DNA of 64,000 nt from an uncultured bacterium (GTDB taxonomy: Bacteria > Oederibacteriota > JAAXVQ01): assembly GCA_964604705.1 (NCBI GenBank), contig CAZSAP010000014.1, positions 1 to 64,000 on the forward strand, given 5' to 3'. The first letter of the stretch is position 1; every line of letters begins with the position of its first letter. The notes beneath the pieces were generated by a model. It made no database searches. It was not told the DNA's origin and saw nothing but the letters and a program-made list of their open reading frames with translations. The translations under genes were made by a program, and so were the position numbers. Shown piece after piece: positions 8,929 to 18,806 of the stretch.

Positions 8929-10107
8929 ATGGAACGCGCCATTGTGCACCTGAACATCGCGGACTTTGCCGTGGCCGTGGAACGGACCCTGGACAGCCGC
9001 CTGCGCGGGCGTCCGGTCATCATCGCCCCGGCCGGCGAGGCCCGCGCCACGGTCTACGACATGAGCGAGGAGGCCTACGGCGCGGGCGTGCGCAAGGGGC
9101 AGCCGCTCCCGCGCGCCCTGCGCGCCTGCCGCGACGCCGAGCTCTTGACGCCGCACCCCGAACGGTACGAACACGCCATGCGCGCGTTTCTCAACTGCAT
9201 CCTCCCGTACTCCCCGCGCATTGAAGCCACGGGCGTCCAGGGTCATGTGTTCGTAGACACCACAGGCACCGAGCGCCTCTTCGGCACGGCCATGGACATT
9301 GCCTGGCGCATCCGCAAAACCGCCCGCGCCGAACTGAACCTCAACCCCATCTGGACCGTGGCCCCCAACAAGCTGGTGGCCAAAGTCGCCAGCCGCATGG
9401 TGAAACCCGTGGGCGAGTGCCTGGTGGAAGCCGGCGATGAAGCCGCGTTCTTGGCGCCGCTCCCCGTGCACCTGCTCCCCGGCTTGGAGGCTGAGGATCT
9501 GGCGCGCTTGCGCGAGTACCGCCTGGGCACCATAGGCGATGCGGCGCGCTGGACCCTGCCGCAGCTCGCGCTGCTCTTCGGCACCCGGGCCCGGCATCTC
9601 AGCGAGGCGTTTCGCGGCCTGGATGCCTCGCCTGTCCTCCACGTGGGAGAACAGCCGCCGACCGTGGCTGGGGACCACGCCTTCGGCGAGGACACCAACG
9701 ACGTTGCGCAGGTCCTGGCCGCGCTCCAGCTCCTGGCCGAACACGCCGGGCACGCCCTGCGCGAACAAGGACAGATGACGCAGCGCGTGGGCGTGGTGCT
9801 CGACTACTCGGACGGCGTGCGCGTTGTGCGCCAAGCCGCCCCGCCGAACCCTACGTCCAATGACTTCACGCTTTTTGATCACGCCCGCCGGGCCTTGGAC
9901 CTGGCCTGGACGCGCCGGGTGCGTCTCCGCCACCTGCGCGTGCTCTGCGACCGGCTCTGTTTCCCGCCCGCGCAACTGGACTTGTTCGGGGAGAGCACGC
10001 CGGACGAAACCCGTCGCGCAGGCCTGGTCGCGGCCATGGACCGCATCCGCGGACGCTTCGGCAGTGACGCCATCCATCTGGGACGAAGCTTGGCCGCTTT
10101 GACATGA
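8929..10107 (+). CDS. imuB: ImuB-like catalytically inactive Y-family DNA polymerase
   Basis: Y-family fold, but the DinB catalytic motif DMDAFFASVE is replaced by LNIADFAVAVE (both Asp lost). Its stop overlaps the dnaE2 start (ATGA at 10104-10107). The longer ORF starting at 8875 overlaps DUF72 and is less likely. Confidence 0.75.
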   Translation: MERAIVHLNIADFAVAVERTLDSRLRGRPVIIAPAGEARATVYDMSEEAYGAGVRKGQPLPRALRACRDAELLTPHPERYEHAMRAFLNCILPYSPRIEATGVQGHVFVDTTGTERLFGTAMDIAWRIRKTARAELNLNPIWTVAPNKLVAKVASRMVKPVGECLVEAGDEAAFLAPLPVHLLPGLEAEDLARLREYRLGTIGDAARWTLPQLALLFGTRARHLSEAFRGLDASPVLHVGEQPPTVAGDHAFGEDTNDVAQVLAALQLLAEHAGHALREQGQMTQRVGVVLDYSDGVRVVRQAAPPNPTSNDFTLFDHARRALDLAWTRRVRLRHLRVLCDRLCFPPAQLDLFGESTPDETRRAGLVAAMDRIRGRFGSDAIHLGRSLAALT

Positions 10108-13100
10108 ACCTCCTGCTGGCGTACTCGCATTTTTCCCTCATGTGGGGTACGGCCTCCCCCGAAGAACTCTGCCGCGCGGCGCGGGAAAAAGGGTACACCC
10201 ACCTGGCCCTGATTGACCGCAACAACCTCTACGGCCTCTGGCCTTTTCTCGCGGCCTGTGCGCGGGTAGGTGTGACGCCCGTGGTCGGCGCCACCTTGGA
10301 CGACCCGAACTCCCGGGCCTCGGTCACGGTCTTGGTTGAAAACGAGACCGGCTACAAAAACCTCTGTGGCCTCATCTCCCAGCGCCACATGCACGAACAG
10401 TTCCAACTCGCGGAGGCTTTGTCCTCCCACCGTGAAGGACTCTTGCTCCTGACCCCTCACGCGCCCTTGCTGCGTACGCTGCACGCCTCCGGCACACGTG
10501 TCTTAGGCGCCCTGCAGGTTCTGCCCGGAGACCATTCGTCCGAGCTGCGCCAAGCCGCGCGTGCGCTGGAACTCCCGCTGGCGGCCACAACCCAGAGTGT
10601 CTTCATCCGCCCGGACGATTACGCGATCCACGCCCTGCTCCGGGCCATGGAGGGCAACACCTCGCTCTCCCGCGTAAAGCCGGAGGACCTTGCGCCCCAG
10701 AGCGCCTGGATACCAACGCCCGAGGAGTTCCAACGCCGGTTCGAGGTCTACCCCGAGGCCCTGCGCACCACACAGAGCCTGTTGGCGCGCATCACGTTTG
10801 ACGGCCCGCACCACGGCACCGTGCTGCCGCCCTGGACGAACGCGCACGACCCCAGCGCCGAGGCCACGCTGCGCGCCCGAGCCTACGCCGGTGCCCAAAG
10901 ACGCTACGGCGAGGATTTATCCGAGACCGTGGTGGAACGGCTGGAGAAGGAACTGCGCATCATTGCCGAGAAGGGATTTTCCAGTTACTTCCTGGTGGTG
11001 CAAAACATCATTCAGCGCAGCCCCCGCATCTGCGGACGCGGCTCGGGCGCCGCCTCGCTGGTCGCGTATGCCCTGGGCATTACCAACGTCTGCCCGATCA
11101 AACACAACTTGTACTTTGAGCGCTTTCTCAACCCCGGGCGCATGGACCCGCCGGACATTGACGTGGACTTTGCCTGGGATGAACGCGACGCCGTGCTCCA
11201 ATCCGTGCTGGAGCAATACGCCGGACACGCGGCCATGGTCTGCAACCACGTCTGCTTCCAGCCCCGCATGGCCATTCGCGAAGTGGCCAAGGTTTACGGC
11301 CTGACCGACCGCGAGATTGGCCAAGTCTCCAAGCGCCTGCCCTGGCTCTGGCCCGACGAGGAGGCTCCGGATTTGCAGGCCCGCCTGGAAGCCCTGCCTG
11401 AACTTAAGACCCTGGACTTCCCGCACCCCTGGCCCGAGATCCTCCGCCTTGCGCAGCAGATCATGGGACGCCCGCGCTACATCTCGGTGCACTCCGGCGG
11501 CATGGTCATCACCCCCGGCCCGCTCACGGACTACGCTCCGCTCGAGCGCGCCCCCAAGGGCGTGCCCATTCTCCAGTGGGAAAAAGACGGGACCGAAGAG
11601 AGCGGCTTGGTGAAGATAGACCTGCTGGGCAACCGCAGCCTGGGCGTGATCCGCGATGCGCTGGCGCAGATCCGCGCCCAAGGCCTCACGTTCGACGAGA
11701 CCCTGTGGGAGCCCGAAGACGACGCGGCGACTCAGCGCGCGGTGGCCGAGGGCAGAACCATGGGCTGCTTCTACATCGAAAGCCCGGCCATGCGCCTGCT
11801 CCAGCAAAAGACCGTAAAGGGCGACTTCGAGCACCTGGTCATCCACTCGAGCATTATCCGACCGGCGGCCAATGAGTACATTCACGAGTACGTGCGGCGC
11901 CTCCGCGGCGGCACCTGGGACCCGCTCCATCCTTTGCTCGCCGATGTCCTGGATGAAACCTTCGGCATCATGGTCTACCAAGAGGATGTTTCCAAAACCG
12001 CCGTGGCGCTGGCCGGTTTCAGCCCGGCCGAGGCCGAGGGACTGCGCAAGATTCTGACCAAGAAAGATCGCGCGCACCGCCTGCGCGACTACCGCGAACA
12101 ATTCTTCACCGGCGCCCGCGCGCACGGCGTGGCCGAAGCTGCGATCGAGGCCATCTGGTCCATGATTCTTTCGTTCGACGGTTACAGTTTCTGCAAACCG
12201 CATTCGGCCAGCTACGCGCGGGTCTCGTTCCAGGCCGCGTATCTAAAAGTTCATTATCCGGCGGAGTTCATGAGCGCGGTCATCAGCAACCAAGGCGGGT
12301 TCTACAGCACCTTTGCCTATGTGTCCGAGGCCCGGCGCTTGGGGTTGACCGTGCTCCCGCCGGATGTCAACCAAAGCCAGATCCGCTGGCAAGGGGCTGC
12401 GCGCCACCTGCGAACCGGCTTGCTCTCCGTGCAAGGGCTAAGCCAGTTGACGCAAGAGCGCCTGGTGCAGGAACGTCGCCAGGGTGCGTTCCGCGATTTC
12501 GAAAATTTTGTGGACCGGGTCCGTCCGGACCAAGAGGAAGGACGGGCGCTGATTCATGCCGGAGCCTGTGACTCCCTGGCGCCCGGGCAAGACCGCACGG
12601 TATTTTTGTGGGCCCTGGCCAACCGCACACGCTCCCGCCAAGGTGCGAAAGACAGTGGACAGACCGCGGACCTGTTTGCGCCCGCCACGAGCTTGACCCG
12701 CCCCCCGATTCCCCCGGCGCACGAGATTGACCGGCTGCGCCTGGAATACCGCAGCCTGGGATTTTTGTGCGACCGCCACCCCATGTCCCTGCTCGCCGGT
12801 ACACTGAAACAGCACAAGCTCACCCAAGCGCGGGATCTCGGCAAGCACGTGGGGGCGCGCATCCGCCTGGCCGGATGGCTGATCACAGCCAAGGTTGTGC
12901 CCACGCGCCAAGGCGCCCCCATGGAGTTTATTACCTTCGAGGATGAAACCGGCGTGGTGGAGACCACTTTTTTTCCCGAAGTCTACCGGCGCTTCTGCGA
13001 CCGCCTGGTCTGGAACCGCCCGTTTCTCTTGACCGGCGTGGTGGAGGAAGACTTCGGTGCGCTCACCCTGACCGTGGAAAGTGTCTCGCCGCTCTGGCAC

Positions 13101-13112
13101 GAACGCACTTAA
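10104..13112 (+). CDS. dnaE2: Error-prone DNA polymerase III alpha subunit DnaE2
   Basis: 1002 aa. N-terminal PHP domain (LLAYSHFSLMWGTASPEELC...THLALIDRNNLYG), polymerase core (GRGSGAASLVAYALGITNV...PDIDVDF), short C-terminus without a tau-binding region. Classic imuB-dnaE2 pairing. Confidence 0.85.
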   Translation: MNLLLAYSHFSLMWGTASPEELCRAAREKGYTHLALIDRNNLYGLWPFLAACARVGVTPVVGATLDDPNSRASVTVLVENETGYKNLCGLISQRHMHEQFQLAEALSSHREGLLLLTPHAPLLRTLHASGTRVLGALQVLPGDHSSELRQAARALELPLAATTQSVFIRPDDYAIHALLRAMEGNTSLSRVKPEDLAPQSAWIPTPEEFQRRFEVYPEALRTTQSLLARITFDGPHHGTVLPPWTNAHDPSAEATLRARAYAGAQRRYGEDLSETVVERLEKELRIIAEKGFSSYFLVVQNIIQRSPRICGRGSGAASLVAYALGITNVCPIKHNLYFERFLNPGRMDPPDIDVDFAWDERDAVLQSVLEQYAGHAAMVCNHVCFQPRMAIREVAKVYGLTDREIGQVSKRLPWLWPDEEAPDLQARLEALPELKTLDFPHPWPEILRLAQQIMGRPRYISVHSGGMVITPGPLTDYAPLERAPKGVPILQWEKDGTEESGLVKIDLLGNRSLGVIRDALAQIRAQGLTFDETLWEPEDDAATQRAVAEGRTMGCFYIESPAMRLLQQKTVKGDFEHLVIHSSIIRPAANEYIHEYVRRLRGGTWDPLHPLLADVLDETFGIMVYQEDVSKTAVALAGFSPAEAEGLRKILTKKDRAHRLRDYREQFFTGARAHGVAEAAIEAIWSMILSFDGYSFCKPHSASYARVSFQAAYLKVHYPAEFMSAVISNQGGFYSTFAYVSEARRLGLTVLPPDVNQSQIRWQGAARHLRTGLLSVQGLSQLTQERLVQERRQGAFRDFENFVDRVRPDQEEGRALIHAGACDSLAPGQDRTVFLWALANRTRSRQGAKDSGQTADLFAPATSLTRPPIPPAHEIDRLRLEYRSLGFLCDRHPMSLLAGTLKQHKLTQARDLGKHVGARIRLAGWLITAKVVPTRQGAPMEFITFEDETGVVETTFFPEVYRRFCDRLVWNRPFLLTGVVEEDFGALTLTVESVSPLWHERT

Positions 13113-13236
13113 ACACAGACCACCCCACCGAAACGTCCCCAACATTTTCAACCGAGAAATCCTTGCGCTGACTGAAAATAACCGCTACACTTTAGGCCAA
13201 GCAAAGATGACTATTTTTTTCGTTTAAGGAGTCTTT

Positions 13237-14631
13237 ATGAGACACTCGCGGTTCATGCTGCATGTTTGTACGCTGGCTTTGGCGCTCGGAGTCCTGACGC
13301 TGGCCACCTCCGGATGGGCAGCCAACATTATTATTGATCACACCAATTGGGACTGGTACGTCACGCAACCGCAGTCGGTCAGCGACAGTGTCGCGGCCCA
13401 AACGCTCTTTTTCGCCCATGCGTCCGTAGGCGCCAATGTTATGTCGGGTTTTGCCGACCTGCATGGCACCGATGCCACCAAATACCCGCTGGCCCAAACC
13501 AGCGCCAACGGCACACCGCCGGCCAGCACCGTGCCCGGCACGGTTTATGAATACAACCGGGGCAATCCTGTCTGGAGCACCAAGGTCACTGATTTTACCA
13601 CCTACATCCAAAACGGCTGGCGGACACCCAAGGCGACGTTTGCCATGAACAAGTTTTGCTACATTGATCAAACGGCAGACTGGACCGTGTATCGCGATGC
13701 CATGCTGGCCCTGGAAGCGGCGTATCCGGCGACCCGCTTTATTTACTGGACCATGCCCTGCACCACGGCCTCGGATGCCGACGAAGCCTTGCGCGCCCAA
13801 TTCAACACCAACCTCAGAAACTGGATCGCCACCCAAGACGGCAAACTCCTCTTTGACATTGCCGATATCGAGTCCTGGTCTCCGGCGGGCGTGCACCAGA
13901 CCTTTATCTACAACACCGCCACGTACGAACACATGTACAGTCCCTACTCCTCCGACGGCGGGCACTTGAACCAGACCGGGTACGATCGCATGGCCACCGG
14001 ACTGTACTCGCTGCTGGGCCAGGCTACCTTGCCTTTGGTGACAGGCTCCCCCACCGCCACCGCCACAACCACCCTGACCTTTACATCCACACCCACGCGC
14101 ACCTCCACGCCGACAGCCACCCCCTCGCCCACGCTGACCCGCACGGCGACCGTGACCCCGACGGGGACACTCACAGCCACACCCACGCCCACGTCCTCGG
14201 CCACGTCCAGCGCCACCTTAACTCCGGTTCTTTCGGCCACACCGACGCTCACCACGACGCTTACCGGCACCACCACCGCGGTGCTCACCTCCACACCGAC
14301 CTACACGGCCACGGACGTCTCCACGGTTACGCCTACGTGTACGCCCACACCGGCCCTTAGAAACACCTCCGGCGACACGATCCGCGCCTATCCCAACCCG
14401 GCGCGCGGCCAAGTGCGTTTCGACCTACCCACGTCACCCGCGGCGGCGATTGAACTGAAGGTGTTTAATGTCCAAGGGGAGCGGGTCGGAACAAAACGAC
14501 TCACCGCCGGCGACGGGACCAGCACAACCGTCCTCTGGGATTGCACCGCTCTGGCCCCCGGTGTCTACTTTGCCCACATCGAGGTCGCTGGAGAAAAAAC
14601 CCAAACCATTAAATTTGCCGTTCGTCACTAA
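13237..14631 (+). CDS. Secreted SGNH/GDSL-like hydrolase domain protein with PT linker and T9SS-type CTD
   Basis: Signal peptide. FFAHASVGAN (block I-like) and SDGGHLNQTGYDRMA (block V DxxH-like). Thr/Pro-rich linker. CTD AYPNPARGQVRF...VFNVQGERV...WDCTALAPGVYFAHIEVAGEKTQTIKFAVRH. AAGGAG RBS. Confidence 0.6.
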   Translation: MRHSRFMLHVCTLALALGVLTLATSGWAANIIIDHTNWDWYVTQPQSVSDSVAAQTLFFAHASVGANVMSGFADLHGTDATKYPLAQTSANGTPPASTVPGTVYEYNRGNPVWSTKVTDFTTYIQNGWRTPKATFAMNKFCYIDQTADWTVYRDAMLALEAAYPATRFIYWTMPCTTASDADEALRAQFNTNLRNWIATQDGKLLFDIADIESWSPAGVHQTFIYNTATYEHMYSPYSSDGGHLNQTGYDRMATGLYSLLGQATLPLVTGSPTATATTTLTFTSTPTRTSTPTATPSPTLTRTATVTPTGTLTATPTPTSSATSSATLTPVLSATPTLTTTLTGTTTAVLTSTPTYTATDVSTVTPTCTPTPALRNTSGDTIRAYPNPARGQVRFDLPTSPAAAIELKVFNVQGERVGTKRLTAGDGTSTTVLWDCTALAPGVYFAHIEVAGEKTQTIKFAVRH

Positions 14632-14645
14632 CCTCAGGAGACACC

Positions 14646-15854
14646 ATGTCCACTCCCCGTTCCTCCTCGGCTACGATCTATTGGCTCTCGCTCATTGGCT
14701 TCTTTGGCATCATGTCCACGACCATGTCCAAAAACCCTGTGCTGCCGCTCTTTGCCCATGCCTTGGGCGCCAGCGATTCGCTACTTGGCGTGATTGCCGC
14801 CATCTCACCCCTGGCCGGCATCTTGTTCAGTTTTCCGGTGGGGGCCTTGGCCGATCAGTTCGGGCGCAAACGCATGCTTTTAATCTCAGCGTTGGTGTTC
14901 GCGCTTGCGCCGCTGTTCTACTTGCTGATCACCGCACCGGTCTATTTGATTCCTGTGCGTTTTTTCCACGGACTGGCCACTGCGATCTTGGGACCGATCG
15001 CTTCGGCGCTCATTGCCGAGACCTATAGGGAAAACAAAGGTTCGCGCTTGGGCGCATACTCCTCGGTCACGCTGGTGGGACGAACGCTGGCACCGTTGCT
15101 GGGCGGATTCATCCTGACCCTCTCCCCGGCGCTGACCTCGATCACCGCTTACCGCATGGTGTACGTGGCCGCCTTCCTGCTCGGTCTGGTCGTGTTTGTC
15201 TGCTCCTTGATGATCCATGAGGACACGCCCACCACGTCCAATGCCCACAAGACGTTGGCTGCCTTGCTGGCCTCGTTTCGCGCCTTTAGCCGCAACCCGC
15301 TCTTGGTCGCCACCTCCCAAGTGGAGATGGCCACGTATTTTTGCTTTGGTATTTTGGAGACCTATTTGCCCCTGCACCTGCATGCCCAGCATGTTTCGGC
15401 CGGGCAGATCGGTTTTATTTTTGCGCTGCAAACCCTTTCCATTGCCCTGACCAAACCGCTCTTCGGAAAAATCGCCGACCGCTTTGACACCCGCTGGCAA
15501 ATTTCCTTGGGCCTGCTCTCGCTTCTGGTCTCCATGGCCTTGCTCCCACTCTGTTCGGGCATGTGGGCCTGGACCGGACTCAGCCTGCTCTTTGGTCTCG
15601 GCATGTCGTTTGGCACCGTGGCCACCATGACCTACACGGCCGACATCGCCAGCCGCGAACAGCTCGGGGCCGCACTTGGCGCGCTGAGCTCGGTCATGGA
15701 CATCGGGCATTCCTCCGGACCGTTGCTGGCCGGGTTCATCATTACGGCCTGGTCCTTGTCTGTGGGTTTTGGGTTTGGTGCGTTGGTGTGCTTGGCTTCC
15801 CTGCTCTGGTTTGTGCTGGCGGCATTCCGGAAATCAACGATTGTGCGCACCTAG
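14646..15854 (+). CDS. MFS transporter
   Basis: About 12 predicted TM helices. MFS motif GALADQFGRKRMLL between TM2 and TM3. 15-bp gap from the upstream gene, so co-transcription is likely. Confidence 0.85.
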   Translation: MSTPRSSSATIYWLSLIGFFGIMSTTMSKNPVLPLFAHALGASDSLLGVIAAISPLAGILFSFPVGALADQFGRKRMLLISALVFALAPLFYLLITAPVYLIPVRFFHGLATAILGPIASALIAETYRENKGSRLGAYSSVTLVGRTLAPLLGGFILTLSPALTSITAYRMVYVAAFLLGLVVFVCSLMIHEDTPTTSNAHKTLAALLASFRAFSRNPLLVATSQVEMATYFCFGILETYLPLHLHAQHVSAGQIGFIFALQTLSIALTKPLFGKIADRFDTRWQISLGLLSLLVSMALLPLCSGMWAWTGLSLLFGLGMSFGTVATMTYTADIASREQLGAALGALSSVMDIGHSSGPLLAGFIITAWSLSVGFGFGALVCLASLLWFVLAAFRKSTIVRT

Positions 15855-15876
15855 CTGAGCACAAAAAAAACGGTAG

Positions 15877-15906
15877 GGGCGCATGTTCTGCCACCCCTAC
15901 CGATTT
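15877..15906 (-). terminator. Intrinsic terminator for the 15955-18774 beta-helix gene
   Basis: Minus-strand reading: hairpin GGUAGGGGUGGCAGAACAUGCGCCCCUACC followed by a U8 run. The stem (GTAGGGGCG) resembles the island palindromic element family. Confidence 0.5.
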
Positions 15907-15954
15907 AAACGTTCTCTGTCCATCATCTCTGTCCGTGCGGGTTTCTACCCTGGA

Positions 15955-16486
15955 CTATTTAACAATCGCAAATTTCAGAACCGTCTTTTCCTTGCCCTCC
16001 ACCTTAACCCGGGCCAAATACAACCCTGGCGCTACACCCTGACAGTTCCAAACAACCGGCACACCGGCCGCAGGATTGTAGGTCGTGGCCAAAGAGCCCA
16101 CCACTTCACCGCTCACGTTAAAAATCTTAACTTCCACGGTCGAGGGTGCATCGACGGCGAATAAAAAGTTTACCTTATGTTTAGCCGGTACCGGATACGC
16201 CAGCACCGACTTGCCGTTCAAGTTTGCCACCGACACCGGAGCCGTGGGTGTCGTGGTGGACGTGGCGGAAAAAACAGGCGTCACCGTGGCTGTCGGTGAA
16301 ACCGTAGGCGTGGCGGAAATGCTCGGAGTGGCAGTTGCCGTAGGCGAGACCGTAGGCGTGGCCGAAACCGTCGGGGTCGCGGTCACCGTGGGCGAGGCCG
16401 TGCATGTGGCCGAATGCGTTAAGGTGGCTGTAACGGTGGCGGTTCTTGTGATGGTAGCCGTAGGTGTTTGCGTAGGTGAGGATGTG
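15955..16486. repeat. ~535-bp near-identical segment shared with 18807-19338 (3' ends of the two tandem beta-helix paralogs)
   Basis: Identity begins exactly at the stop codons and runs ~535 bp with about 2 mismatches. Further 5' the DNA diverges while the proteins stay ~70% similar. Confidence 0.7.
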
Positions 16487-18774
16487 GCTGTGCGCGTCAT
16501 GGTTTGTGTAAGGGTGGGCGTCGATGTAGGAGTGGCAGTTGCGGTCCGGGTGGGGGTCGCAGAAGGTGTTAGTGTTGGCGTCGTGGTCATGGTAGCCGTA
16601 GGAACTGCGGCTTGATAGTTGGTGGCATAGGCCGACGTGTTATGGCTAGCATCGGTGGCCAAGGCCGTAATGTACTCCCCGTTGCTGAACACGCCGCCTC
16701 CAAAAGCCCAATTCCCACTGCCATTGGCAGTCGTAGTGCCGATATACCGCAGACTACCACCCTGACCAGCACGCGATTCTGCTGCAAATATCTGAATATG
16801 ATCATTGGCATTGGACGTACCCAAAATATTATTTCCAGCGTAGGCTTGGGTGATTGTGGGCGCCGGATAGTCGGCATTGCCCCCGAGGGCAAGCTGGATG
16901 CCATACTGGGAAAATGCAGTCACGGTATTTCCATAAAGCACATTACCCAATGTGGTTGCACCTTCCACATAAATACCTACGCTGGTGTTGGCCACCAAAT
17001 TTCCATTGCTCCCTGAAAGACCAATCCAGTTGTCATGGGCGTTCGTATAAATTTGAATGCCGCCATTCATTCCTGTGGCCGGAGCCAAGTTCGACAGCAC
17101 TCCGATGTGGTTGGCCACCAATGTATTGCCAGCACAAGATGCCCCCATGAGAACAACTGTCTCACCAAAAAAATTGTTAGCCACATAATTCACCGAGGAG
17201 TTGTTAATATGCAGTCCAGCATTGCCATTGCGCCGAACCAAGAGCCCGTCGGCTGAAAGCCCGAACATGTTGTAGGTAATCCGATTACTGGAATTGTTAA
17301 GCAAGGACATTCCATAATTGCCATTACTGGAGATGACATTTCCGTAGGTGGTATTTACCCCACCGATCAAGGTCGATGACCCCGATGACGTAAGCTGCAT
17401 GCCGTATCCTGCATTGGGAAGTGCGTCCACCCCATTAAGCGCCAAACCGATGCTGTTACCCTGCACGGCATTGCAAGCCCCACCCATATTTAATCCTATG
17501 GTGCCACTGGCCGCAATCACATTTCCCCGATGACTGCTGCCGGAGGCATTCTGCCCGCCAATCATATTGCAGGTACCATTAATATAAACACCCACGGTAC
17601 CATTTCCGCGTGCCGCTAAGCCAGTCACATCCGTACCCACCAGATTGCCACACACCGAATTGCTATGCCCGATCACATAAATACCAATCCGGTTGGCCCC
17701 GGTGGAGTGTCCGGCAACGACATTCCCCTCCAACGCTTCCCTCACACCGCCAATAATATTTAGATCGCCACCATTGACATAGATACCCATGTTGCTGGTA
17801 AACGTGGTGCTGCTGGTATTCAGACCAATCAGATTGTTTTGTACGGTGATGCTCATCGGTCGCGGGCTCGAACCACCGATTTGTACATTGTTGGTATCAT
17901 TGCCTGCAATGATATTTCCATAGCCGGCTAGCGGCAACCCAAGCCAGTTGCCCGACGAGACACGATTATTGATGCCGCACGAATTGTTGGGAACTTCCGT
18001 TGATTGATCCAGGGAAAGTCCAATGACATTTCCGCAAACCGTGGTGCCGGAAGCAGTACTGCTGTTAAAGTAAATACCATTACCCAGATTACCGGAGATA
18101 AGGTTGCCTTGGCCCAAGGAACTGTTGCCACCAATTAAGTTCGTAAAGCCACCGTTCACATAGACACCTTGGCCATTGCCGAGCGCCGCTGTTCCCGAGT
18201 CATTGGTACCAATCAAATTGCCCTGTATCACATTCAGCATGGCTCCATTGGTTTGAAACTGAATGCCATAGTACGTACTGCTTGCAATAACATTATTTCG
18301 TATAAGGTTCTGAGCACTAAAGATAGTTATGCCCGTATCGTTTCCCAGACCACTGGTGTTGACCCAGTCTGTACCGATGCGGCAGTTGGTCACAATGTTC
18401 CGGTCTGAGCCATTGAACAGAATACCGGTGGTGGCCTTGCAAATAGAGAGGCCTGTCACCGTGCTGCCTGAAGAACCCGCAACAAAATTTAAAAAGGTAA
18501 AACCGATCCCTGCCGCCAGAATGGTATTACCACTTCCGGCAATCAGCACCCGGTCACTGATCGTATATCCGGAATTGGCATAAATAGAGTTGGCGATAGC
18601 AAAGGCAATGGTATCAGCTCCTGAATTGGCATTGGCATCCAGGATCGCCTGGCGCAAGCTGCCGGCACCGCTGTCATTGCTGTTTATAACTGTATACGTC
18701 GCTGCACTGGCAAAAAGACTTAACCCCAGAACCAATAGACATACCCCCGCCAACCGCCTCAACAGCTTCCCCAT
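15955..18774 (-). CDS. Large secreted parallel beta-helix repeat protein with PT linker and T9SS-type CTD (tandem paralog A)
   Basis: Signal peptide. Repeated NxxIGxN/GNxIxG rungs. Long Thr/Pro/Ala/Ser linker. CTD LAYPVPAKHKVNF...KIFNVSGEVV...WNCQGVAPGLYLARVKVEGKEKTVLKFAIVK. Confidence 0.75.
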   Translation of the reverse strand: MGKLLRRLAGVCLLVLGLSLFASAATYTVINSNDSGAGSLRQAILDANANSGADTIAFAIANSIYANSGYTISDRVLIAGSGNTILAAGIGFTFLNFVAGSSGSTVTGLSICKATTGILFNGSDRNIVTNCRIGTDWVNTSGLGNDTGITIFSAQNLIRNNVIASSTYYGIQFQTNGAMLNVIQGNLIGTNDSGTAALGNGQGVYVNGGFTNLIGGNSSLGQGNLISGNLGNGIYFNSSTASGTTVCGNVIGLSLDQSTEVPNNSCGINNRVSSGNWLGLPLAGYGNIIAGNDTNNVQIGGSSPRPMSITVQNNLIGLNTSSTTFTSNMGIYVNGGDLNIIGGVREALEGNVVAGHSTGANRIGIYVIGHSNSVCGNLVGTDVTGLAARGNGTVGVYINGTCNMIGGQNASGSSHRGNVIAASGTIGLNMGGACNAVQGNSIGLALNGVDALPNAGYGMQLTSSGSSTLIGGVNTTYGNVISSNGNYGMSLLNNSSNRITYNMFGLSADGLLVRRNGNAGLHINNSSVNYVANNFFGETVVLMGASCAGNTLVANHIGVLSNLAPATGMNGGIQIYTNAHDNWIGLSGSNGNLVANTSVGIYVEGATTLGNVLYGNTVTAFSQYGIQLALGGNADYPAPTITQAYAGNNILGTSNANDHIQIFAAESRAGQGGSLRYIGTTTANGSGNWAFGGGVFSNGEYITALATDASHNTSAYATNYQAAVPTATMTTTPTLTPSATPTRTATATPTSTPTLTQTMTRTATSSPTQTPTATITRTATVTATLTHSATCTASPTVTATPTVSATPTVSPTATATPSISATPTVSPTATVTPVFSATSTTTPTAPVSVANLNGKSVLAYPVPAKHKVNFLFAVDAPSTVEVKIFNVSGEVVGSLATTYNPAAGVPVVWNCQGVAPGLYLARVKVEGKEKTVLKFAIVK

Positions 18775-18806
18775 ATGCCCCCCTAAAATAGAATGTTCAA
18801 CCTCAA

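Noticed and set aside
8097-13151. Long antisense ORFs in the ORF track (8097..9050-, 8899..10077-, 9879..10484-, 10917..12203-, 12438..13151-, also 5050..5916+, 6469..7209+, 40 kb region 39826..40917+, 41572..43080+)
   Set aside because: They lie opposite well-supported genes (DUF72, imuB, dnaE2, beta-helix protein, mfd) in ~65-68% GC DNA, where stop-free antisense frames are expected. Their translations are low-complexity Arg/Gly/Ala-rich with no motifs.
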